A stretch of DNA of 57,378 nt, the filler included, from Basidiobolus ranarum (Eukaryota): the NCBI GenBank assembly GCA_040143965.1. It is 2 parts of 2 records of this genome, joined end to end, with 100 filler letters (N's around TTAATTAATTAA, not from the genome) between each part and the next. Parts side by side here need not be neighbours in the genome. Positions count along the whole stretch, not along the records: positions 28,769 to 57,378 come from JASJQH010006988.1; 1 more part is not named here. The stretch is one strand, 5' to 3'. The notes under the pieces were generated by a model. The model searched no databases. It was not told the origin of the DNA and worked only from the letters and a program-made list of their open reading frames with translations. Position numbers and translations under genes: made by a program. Positions 47,136 through 57,378 of the stretch are shown here, one piece after another (within the stretch, counting starts at the first letter, position 1; every line of letters begins with the position of its first letter).

Positions 47136-48684
47136 ATGGTTTTTGAAAGCTTCTTTGATACCATACAGGGTACTTAATAACCTATATTTTATAATATCAA
47201 AAATGCCTTATTTAACGTTATTCACCATTAGGTTCATCGCTCCTATCGGCTGGTGTTGCTGTAAGTGCAGTTTTTGGCGCTCTTTGGGTGACCAGAATCA
47301 CTCTTAGCTTCGTCAAAATGCTAATTGATGTTTACCTTAGAAAGGGCGTTAGCGTAAGTATAAATCACAAAAACCGATTTTTAAAAATAATATGTTCAAG
47401 TACAGTTATTATTAGTTAGAGCAGTACGGTGCTGGAAAGGGTTCTTGGGCTAGTAAGACGTTAAATTGTTTATCTTTGCGTTGACCAAATATCTAACCTA
47501 AGCTTATAATTAAAAGTTGTTACCGGTTGTACTGATGGGATTGGTAGAGAATTTGCCCTTCAGCTAGCCAAGAAGAAGTTTAATGTTGTTTTAATCTCTC
47601 GTACTTTGTCGAAACTTAATTCATTGAGCTCCGAAATTGGTTAGTAAGTCTATTTTACGAATGCGAATTTACACATTGAAACTCATTTCTCCCATTTATT
47701 TGTAGAGAGTCAATATTCTGTGGAGACGAAAGTTTTTCCTCTTGATTTTACTAACAAATCACCGGAAGATTTTGCCTCTCTAAAAACCCTTTTAGAGTCT
47801 CTTAAAGTCAGTGTATTAGGTAAAGAATGACCATTTTACCCAAGATGGTATAGTACGCTGATCCCCCTCTAATTAATTGTATGTAGTTAACAATGTTGGT
47901 ACCAACCATGAATTCCCAACTCCGTTTGCCATCGAGACCGATGAAATTGTTCAGAAGATTATTGAGGTTAATGTTAATGGTATGCTTAAAATGACGAAAA
48001 TGGTCCTTCCAGAAATGGTCTCTCGGTGAGTTTACCAAAATTTTGCCAGAATCATGGAGTTGAAATATTAACACTAGTCTTTTGCATTTACAGTCAGAAT
48101 GGCCTTATTATCAATCTTGGCTCTTTCTCTGGCCTTGTTCCAACTCCTTATCTTGCCACATATTCGGCTAGTAAAGCCTTCTTGTGCACCTTCTCTCAAG
48201 CTCTTGGCGCCGAAGTTGCTTCTAAAGGAGTGGTTGTTGAGAACATTAACACCTACTTTGTGGTACTTTCCTTGACATTTGATTTTTGAAGGAAAAGTGT
48301 AGTTCGTAATAGCCTATTATTTGCATTTAGACTACTGCTATGTCGAAAATACGCCGTCCCTCGTTCTTTATCCCATCTGCTAAGCCATTTGTAGCCTCTG
48401 TTCTCTCTCGTATTGGTGTTACCGGTGGTGCTTCCACTCCATTCACTTCCACTCCTTACCCTTCACATGCTATCGCCAACTGGTTTGTTGATAATACCTT
48501 CAGCATGGGTTTTTGGGTGATGAAGAATTTAGGTACGATGAACATAATATGAGTGGTATTTATCATGCAACCTCTTAACATTTGTCTTCATTGATTAGCA
48601 ATGCAAATTGATATTCGTAAACGTGCATTGAAGAAGAAAGAGCGTGAAGCTCAGAAAGCCAAAGAAGCCCAGCAAAGCCAGTAG
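47136..48684 (+). CDS. IFA38: Very-long-chain 3-oxoacyl-CoA reductase (SDR), multi-exon
   Basis: [38 protein letters not shown] and MSKIRRPS motifs. Confidence 0.9.
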
Positions 48685-49078
48685 GCTCTAATGGCTGCGA
48701 AGTGAACTGTTGAATCTTACAAAAAGAAACTCGTTGTTTCACGGGTATTTTTGGTGCATACGCCATGTACTCTTGAAATAAAAGGAATTTTTTCAACATG
48801 TCAGTATTCCGTTAGTGGTATATTATATTTATTTTTGATTTTATTGATGCCAAATTATGGATTTCATTATCTAATCTACCCTGAGTTGGAGAAAATATGG
48901 TGATACTTCAAATCATTGATCGATAAAAAAAATGATCTTCCTGAAAAGGGAATCGATTTCTCGGTAACCTCAGAGATTTGGCATGTCGACCTATAAAGTT
49001 GAAATCCGTAAGGTTGCATCTTTCCTTTTACCTGACTGTTATTGAACTTGACGGGAAGTGCCTATTTACTACAGCAAT

Positions 49079-50412
49079 ATGGATTCTTTTATCTTGCGTG
49101 GAACTCTTACAGGTGATTCTAATTAATAAAGAAATCAGTTTTTGCGTCGCTCTCTGAACTCTCTTTCTATGTGTTGATTACACTTTGTATATCATCTCTG
49201 GAATGGATGGATTGAAAACCCTTACAGATACGTAGAAAGTGCACTGACTTCTAGCGATTTGTAGGTCACACCAACTGGGTTACTGCTATCGCTACTTCCC
49301 CTGAGAACCCTGATATGGTTCTGTCCGCCTCCCGTGGTAAGTTTTAGTTGTACGATACTACGCAACACTCGGGTGTGGATGGTTCTCCCTTTCTCGATAA
49401 GTCCAACATCATTAGGAATCTTACCCGCGATGAATCCAACTATGGTGTTCCTCGCAAGGCTCTTCACGGCCATAACCATTTCATCCAAGACCTTGCCATT
49501 TCCTCCGATGGTCAATTTGCCCTTTCTGCTTCTTGGGATAAGACTCTTCGTCTTTGGGACCTCAACACCGGTGCCACTACTCGTAGATTCGTTGGACACA
49601 CTGGTGATGTTATGTCAGTTGCTTTCTCTGCTGATAATCGCCAGATCGTCTCTAGTGGCCGTGATAAGTCTATCAAGTTGTGGAACACTCTCGGTGAATG
49701 CAAATACAATCTCACCGAAAATGGTCACAGCGAATGGGTTTCATGCGTTAGATTCTCACCTAACCCCGCCAACCCTGTCATCGTGTCTGGTGGTTGGGAT
49801 AAGCTTGTGAAGGTACATTTTCATTTCTTTTCATTTGCTTTTTTGGAATATATGATGTTTGAATATATTTGCTACTTCAGAGAAGGTTACCTTTCAATGA
49901 GACAAACAATCACCAATATCTGATCCAACATCTTGAAATCTCTCCACCTCTTTTGAAATCACTTCATATTGACCTTGTTGCATTATCAGGTTTGGGACCT
50001 ATCCAAGTGCAAGATTCGCACCAACCACATCGGTCACACTGGCTACATTAACACCGTCACCATCTCTCCTGATGGTTCTCTCTGCGCCACCGCTGGTAAG
50101 GACGGTGTTGTCATGTTGTGGGATCTTAATGATGGCAAGCACCTTTACTCCTTGGAAGCTGGCGATGAAGTCAACGCTTTGACCTTCAGCCCCAACAGAT
50201 ATTGGCTCTGTGCTGCTACCTCATCTGGTATTAAGGTTTGGGATCTTGAATCCAAGTCTGTTGTTGATGAACTTCGCCCCGAATTCGTTGGTGTTGGTCG
50301 CAAGTCTAACGATCCTTACTGCGTCTCCCTTGCCTGGTCCGCTGACGGAAATGCTTTGTTCTCTGGATACACAGATAACGAAATTCGTGTCTGGCAAGTT
50401 ATCAGAGCTTAA
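49079..50412 (+). CDS. RACK1: RACK1 (Asc1/Cpc2) WD40 ribosomal protein, 3 exons
   Basis: [37 protein letters not shown] and [12 protein letters not shown] motifs. Introns approx. 49113-49264 and 49813-49990. Confidence 0.97.
49845..49926 (+). ncRNA. SNR24: Intronic box C/D snoRNA U24/snR24
   Basis: Lies in RACK1 intron 2. TTGGA/TCCAA stem, variant C box ATGATGT, guide ATATTTGCTACTT before D' CAGA, C'-like ATGAGAC, and ATCACCAATAT-CTGA. Yeast snR24 is hosted in the ASC1 intron. Confidence 0.9.
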
Positions 50413-50992
50413 GTATTCCCCTTGCCCTACTATACTATCTTATTTCTCATTTTTGGAGACTTCATATAATAAAATTGCGACTGCACTTCACTACGAACTC
50501 ATTCATCAACCAAACATAATGACGTGGACTTGGCTTATACTGATCAATCAGTTGAAATAGGAAACAATATATACCAAGTGTTCTATTGAATGCATTAATC
50601 AGTCAACCCGAATGAAGTAAAAATTCACCATCCTTAATTGAGATTATCAACCAAATCATGGGCCAATGATGAGCGTTCCTGTAATCACACTGGCCTTATC
50701 ACTCAGCGGAGATAGCGAAGTGTATCGATAAACATATAAATTGATACACACCAGTTTCTCTCTACTCTAATAATTTTCAAGCAAGTTTATTCACTGTCGT
50801 GGAGGATTGAATTGAGCCGATTAGAATTCGCCATTAATCAGGCCAAGATAATTTCTAGAAATATTGGTGTAACTTCGGTATGTCATGGATTTATTCAAAT
50901 GATTTTTTTGTTGAATTTCTATATTAGTCTGTTCAACGTTTATTTTTTTATTGGGAAATTTTAGGCGTCGTAAAGTCGAAGTCTGACAAACA

Positions 50993-52525
50993 ATGGGAAA
51001 TACAAATTCATACCAACCCGAAAGTAAAGCTCCTGAGGCAGTTACATATACTTCACAAGAACACCATGACAATCAGTCCTCGGAAACTTCTTCTCAACAA
51101 AGAAAAGGAAGTGACGGTTCATTCGATAGCTCTACTTCTAAGAACTCGAGACCACTCTCCATTCGTAAAGTGTTACTGAATAAACCACAATTTCAACCCA
51201 ATGTGTCGAATTCACCTTTTGTGGGGTCCCCTTTAATGTCTACGGAGGATTTCGGCACGCCTACCAGTTCTCCAGCTGTTAGAATTGGCTCACCTTCCGC
51301 TAGTAGACATACTTTACAACCGGATTCGTTTCCCTCAAGTTTTCAAAGTAATGGAGGATACTCAAGTAATAGTGAATGTATGTTGCCTGGGAGATATATG
51401 TTTGTAAGGAATAGCTGCTGACCATTATATTTAGCTTTTGTCTCCTCTGAAGCTAGAGTGATTCACGGCTTTGGTCCTGTATCAGAAGGTAATTGTATAT
51501 CCAAATTGATATTCCTCAATGGAGTTCCTAATCAACCTAACCCCCAATTCAAATCGAACAGAGGTGGATTCTCTTGTACCAACCATAATATCTTGGACCC
51601 AAGGAGGTACCAATGTCTATGTTACTGGAACATTTAACGAGTGGAAGCATAAAATTCGACTTAACCGAAGGTAAATTTTAACCATTAGTTATATTTAAAC
51701 GATTGAAATCCTCTTGAAGTAACCCAAAGAAAATCCCCCCTTTCATGCCTGAAATCCTCATCTTTACAATCCTAGTACCACCGATTTTACCACGGTTATC
51801 AATTTCCCCCCTGGTAGACACAGATTGAAGTTTATTATAGACGAGGAATGGAAATGCTCTAATGATCTGTTAATCGCACCCGATGCCGATGGAAATTTGG
51901 TCAACTTTATTGACGTTTCAACTGGGTATGAGATATCTGGACTTCAATGTAATCAAGAAGGAGATGGTAACTCGGAAAATAAGAATGAATTAGGTTTGTA
52001 TCAAATCCATTTTGTAATTCCACTCCAATCCATAACAGTCGAATATCTCCACTCATTCCATATGTAACAAAGAAAAGTTAACACTTTATCATCACTTTTG
52101 ATATTAGCATCCCCTTTGGGATCTCCATCTGGAAGCTATTCAAACGATATCCCAGAATACTTGACAAGTCTAGACAAGGGTGATTCATTTGCCTCACCTA
52201 GTTCCACCACAGATAAAGTCACTAAAAAGCCACCAACCTTGCCTCCACATTTGGAAAAAGTATTACTGAACAGTGCTAATGTTTCTAAGGATGATACTAT
52301 GATGCTACCAGTTCCAAACCACGTCGTTCTAAATCATCTCTATGCTTGCTCCATACGTGATGGTGTCATGGCAGTTGCTGGTACCACTAGATACCGACAA
52401 AAAGTAAGTGCTTTTTCGGAGGAAATGAAATCCTCTTGAACATACTTTAGCACCCGGAAAACTTACCCTCTACAATAATTTATTAGTATATGTCTACCGT
52501 TTACTACCGGCCGGTTGTCTTGTAA
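50993..52525 (+). CDS. AMPK/SNF1 beta subunit (Gal83/Sip2-like), multi-exon
   Basis: MGNTNS myristoylation motif, CBM (SWTQGG..VYVTGTFNEW; KFIIDEEWK) and ASC domain (PPTLPPHL..LPVPNHVVLNHLY..TTRYRQK|YMSTVYYRP). Confidence 0.93.
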
Positions 52526-53283
52526 AAATAAAGGGAGAATGAAATGATATTGAGAAAAATCATCAAAAATCCCACATTCGAAACTTTTATAGACCTATTG
52601 AAGGGTGAGCAAGTTCCATCATTCCATGAACTTTTCTAGAGATTCTCACTTCAAGATGGTCTCTTATAAGTAGGCTTCTATACCGAACATCATTTCTTCT
52701 TTGTGTAAAAGTTCTATCTTCAACCTTCCCTCTCCCTCAAGGAACATTTCTATTCGCACTTGGAATATCTTCATCCTTGGTGGTTAACTAGCGTGCATTA
52801 TGTATTAATTGAGCTTTCTGGATTATTCTCATCTTGCTCAAGTTACAACAAACACCTTTTGACATAACTTTCCTTGTATCCCCCTATAATCGTACCATTT
52901 AATGTAGATGTATCAGAATATGTTTCATTTACAGATAACCATAGAGTACTGATGTTCTTAGGATAGAATCTATGAATTATCGATAAAGAAACGTAGGTAA
53001 ATGAAGTAGTAATAGATTCATGAGGGAAAGTTAAAATTCAAGCGAATATATTTTATTGTTTGAGAAACTAAATTACACTCGTATTCGATATGGTATATTC
53101 ACTGGAAAGTAGTTGAACTGATAAAAAGAAAAGAATATAGCTCACCGGTTAAGCTAAAAGTTATAAACAATTAAGGTGATGCAAAATGAACAAGTACTTG
53201 ATAAAAAAAACTAAAATATTTGTATATTGCAGAGAACGATAAATGAATAAGAAATGGTGAGAATTATATAAGCCACCATCGAC

Positions 53284-54891
53284 TTAATTGAGTTTAACGT
53301 AGTTGGCAGGGAACTAATCGTTGAACATAGGGTTAGTAAATTGCAAACCAAAGTACATATAATGGAGAAACTATAAACTTACGTTGCCCTCACGACCATT
53401 AGATCTACCCTTCCACCAGTCATTTTGACTGTCGGTTTTCTTAACAATTACAACGATATCACCTTGTTTGAGAGGTAAGTCATCAGGCTCAATAGCATCA
53501 AAGTCGTATAGTGCAGTTGCGGTCTCCTCGTTTCTTTTAGGTGGTGGGGGTGGAACCGCTCTTCCTCTGGAGGCTGATAATGACACACTCTTGTAACCAT
53601 CAGATTGATATGGGGGAGCTGCCACTGGTGGCTCATATTTATTATGCTCCGGTTGATAGAAGGAATCAGTTTTAGTGTCGAGTTTGTTGGAATATCTGTC
53701 CGAAAATCTATCAGAATTAAAGGTATCTCTGTTTCGACCACTGGATGCGTTTGATACGGATCTATTCAATCCCGAGTTATCAGAAGACGCATATGGGTTG
53801 ATACTGGATTGACCATATGAAGGGTAGCTATTTCTGGTGGCTTTAATATTAAGCGCACGAAGTAAGATACCAGAATCAGGTGGAGCAGGAACGGCACCAG
53901 ATAAAATTTCTTTAGCACCAATTCTACGCCCATAAAACTTTGCATTGGCATCCTTTCTTTCCACAATTACGGAACCTTCAATAGAGACACCTGAAAAGGA
54001 AGAAATAATAAATCATTTTAATTAGAAATACAGGTTAAAATATCCGGAATTCTATGAATCATGGAAATTTACCTGCAAAGAGTCCCTTTGTCTTGCTTTG
54101 AATCATTGACAATGGAATGTTGAGTATATTGAAGTAAATAAGGATAAAACTTGATTTCTCTATACCTGTATGAGTAAATTGCTGCTAGATTACCAATGGT
54201 TCCAGCTGCTTCAGCGTTACGACCAATAGGTCCAGCCGCAACTAAAGAATTTGGTTAGTGTGAGATATCTTCACTGATTTCAATCCAACTTTCTTTTTCT
54301 TACCTGATAAATTTCCACCCAAGGTAACGTTTCCGCCATGACTAAACGCCTTCACAGCAGCAGTAGTATTCAAAATGACCACGAAATCTGTTACTTCGGC
54401 GCCGATTTGACCACCAAAGCCCTGAAAACGTCAATTTTATTAGTATCGATATTTTTGGATATTCTATATACCTACTTACCATACCGCCAGTACCGATGCA
54501 AGAAGGACCTGACCAGCTTCCATCCGGTAAACTAACGTTCATCAAGAGTTGATTTCAATAAGTTTAATCCGGCAAATGTTCAAAAGAACTGCAGTTAGTA
54601 CTTACCGAGCGACAACTACGCCTGTTCCAACTCGACCAGACCATAGGAAACCAGCTTTAATAACGGTAAAAATAGCCAAACCTTTGGCGTTATTCAAAAT
54701 ATTGGGAGGAATAATGGCATCAGGACCTTTCTGGGAAGAAGTGTCTATTATCAAGGTAAACAAAACGTCAACATACAGTATACCAGGAAAAATGAAAATA
54801 CGAAAGTAGATCTTTTACCAATGAAACTGTTAATAATTTTGGAAGCTTTTCTGCATTCACCAGCTAGATCACTTGGAAGGGGGTTCACCAT
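53284..54891 (-). CDS. YSC84: Ysc84/Lsb3 (SYLF + SH3) actin/endocytosis protein, multi-exon
   Basis: NPLPSDLAGECRKA, KAGFLWSGRVGTG, GGQIGAEVTDFV, SKTKGLFAG and an SH3 domain (ALYDFD..WWKG..FPANYV*). Confidence 0.92.
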
Positions 54892-56064
54892 ATTTTCAAA
54901 AAGTGTTCAAGACAAGTTGTGCTGGATGTGTTGTATTGATAGATGTAACAAAAAAAAAAGAAGGAACAAAGCTGGAGAATTTATCTAAATTTAATGAACT
55001 AAAATAGTTTAGTATGATAAATCCGTCAAAGTATTGGGGAATTGATTGAAATAGGAACATTTACACAGTCCATTGGGAACTAAAAAGGTACCATCATTAC
55101 CTGCTATATTGTTAATCCGCAAGTTTTGTGATGTAATGAAGGTCGGGAAAAATGGTTTATTAATGGGCGATGCTCACGTCACACTACTGTTTCATGAGTA
55201 TGTCACCTCCTCAGCTCCTGATTATTTTCATGTAACAAATATACGCGATTGCGGATAAATTTGCCGCTCATACCATGTGACATCTGTTACAAATGAAGAT
55301 CGATGGAAATCAAATCAAAAAGCAGGAGTTTGAGAAATCACATGTGAGCAGCCTTCCAATCGTTCCTCCGTTGCTCAGGGGCACCCCTGAAGCAGATCGA
55401 TTGTCGGGACATCTGGACAATGTCCGGCGTCATTAAAGACGAATATCCGAAACGTGCCTTATATATTCGATCCGGCATTTCATTTCCGACACAACAATAG
55501 TTGACTTCCAACGTGCATTTTCACGATAAATTGTACTAACTCAATTTGTCCTTTGCTCTGACATTTTCTTAATCGAAATCCAAATATTTCGTCATAGTTA
55601 GTTGCTTGAATAGGATTTAAAGTTCACAATCTTAGGTTTAGGAAACTGTTTAGATCTCATGTTCATCGGTAATTCTCTGTTTAAATCACCTGAATTATGA
55701 ACCAAATTCAAAGCCCAATGCATCAGTATACCATATATATACTTTAAAAAATACCGTATATCTGCCCCATATCAATTAATCATTGAAGCAATGTAGTCCA
55801 TATAGACATAGCATTCTAGTTATACGAAATTTGACTATCTACAAAATAGTCAGTGCTAATCCACAATTCATCAAGTACTTTGCTCATCATTTCACAAGGA
55901 GATAGGTTTTAATATCTCGTCTACTGTGCATTTATGGAATTTATATGGTATCAAGTTGAAAAATGTAAATGAATGTACAACGTAAGAATGGCAACGGTAC
56001 TCATAATATATATATGCATTCCTTTCGGTAAGAGGGGGGAATTATGACTCGTAACAGTTTCAAT

Positions 56065-56950
56065 TCAAACAGTGATTTTAGAGTCATATTCCTCCAAACT
56101 TCTTGCTGGGAAAAGGGAGGGGCCAGGAGATAATTTAATGAATGAATTATTGTTGTTTAACAAACCTACGGCTGCGTTATACCAAGCAAGCAGTGATGCG
56201 GTAATACCGCAAAAGCCGCCAATTCTGATCCAAGTAGTACTACCAGTAAAGGTACCAATTGTGAGCACTGTACAATTACATACCACAAATATGTTAAGAA
56301 GCAGGATGGCTATCGGAGCACGAAGAGATCCCATAAGCATTAATAGCGCAAATATAACCCAGCCTATTCAATAATGATCCGTAAATAACTGTACATTTGA
56401 AGATATTAGTCGATTCAATTTCAAAATTACCAATATTGAAGTATCCACTGGCGATAGCAAAATTGTTATCAGCATAATCGCTTTGAATACCCCATGAGTT
56501 CATGATAATGGGTGCATAGGAGAGCCAAAAACCTCCCCAAGAGCCAAATAGAACCGCCTCGAAGGAGTTAGTACAAACAAGGTGCCATATCCCGCAAACT
56601 AACTGAAGACACATGAATCACATGATCATTGAATGAAATCCATATGATATCGAAAGTACCTGTATAAAGCCACCATAGAAGAATGCTAAGCCAATAACAA
56701 TACTAGGAGTATTGGTGGTGAATCCGAGGTTGATGCATCCCATCACAAAGGTTGTCATAGCAAAAGCACATAAGCCCAGCGGTGTTGCAGCATGGCCGCG
56801 TTGTTTTCTGGCCACTTCGGGATCATAGTTCATGTCTGTATAAGATATTGAAAAGTGTATAACGAGAGAAAGTATATTGGTGCAAAATCTCACCACTGTT
56901 GGTAGTTATATACAGTCCAAAGTAGCTTCCATCGAATTCGATTCTTCCAT
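56065..56950 (-). CDS. GPR1/FUN34/YaaH (Ady2/ATO) family transporter, about 4 exons
   Basis: PLGLCAFAMTTF, FFYGGFIQ, GGFWLSYA and GGFCGI...AWYNA motifs. Likely first exon MEESNSMEATLD starting at 56950. Confidence 0.85.
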
Positions 56951-57378
56951 ATTGAAATACTATAAAAACCAAAGTAGAATACGGCAATATCCTAATGTGA
57001 TCAACTTATTAAATTCATCGTTAATTGAGTTGGACAGAAGCAGAGTGATTGGTGAGCACTCGAATGGTCTATAAGCCCTGCTTGAGTAGATGCTGTGAAT
57101 TCTCCACCTCGACTTCCCAGTTGGTTGACCAGCCTCTGACGCACAGTGGTAATTAGTGTAAATACACATCATTCTAGATGTACATCGAAATCCATTGAAC
57201 TAGTCCATAGTAGATTTCATTGAATCTAAAGAACATAGCTTCATATTAATCGCCACTATATCTACGTTTCATATTCATGACTACAACGGAACTTATCATA
57301 TGCCTACTGTACTGTACAGGAGTTGTATGCGCCACAGGCTAATAATAAGGATGGTGGGGTGGGGGCGTCCCGCTGGAT

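Overview
Gene-dense, AT-rich eukaryotic DNA with short GT-AG introns. It is most consistent with an early-diverging fungus (inferred from the gene set: SANTA/KNL2, sphingomyelin-synthase-like, REC-PDE, CBM19). The window is two segments joined by an artificial N44-TTAATTAATTAA-N44 linker (28669-28768), so adjacency across it is not biological. Left segment: a CBM19 repeat protein, a His/Thr repeat ORF, PRMT5, eIF2-gamma, RPS11/RPL35, TRAPPC13, an SLF2/Nse6-like gene, COG7, a secreted protein, RPS20/RPS13, Ariadne, ERV14, KNL2/M18BP1 and a partial RPL28. Right segment: a receiver-domain cAMP phosphodiesterase, WSS1, an SMS-like gene, an LRR/BC-box protein, a small Cys-rich secreted protein, a HINT3-like gene, PNS1, IFA38, RACK1 with intronic U24/snR24, an AMPK beta subunit, YSC84 and an ATO/GPR1 transporter. 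The standout is 20761-21364, just downstream of RPS13: three tandem units of [box C/D snoRNA + tRNA-Lys-like cloverleaf with no functional anticodon loop]. Pairing-preserving changes between the copies suggest a snoRNA polycistron punctuated or driven by non-decoding tRNA mimics. All family calls are by recognition of motifs, not database searches.
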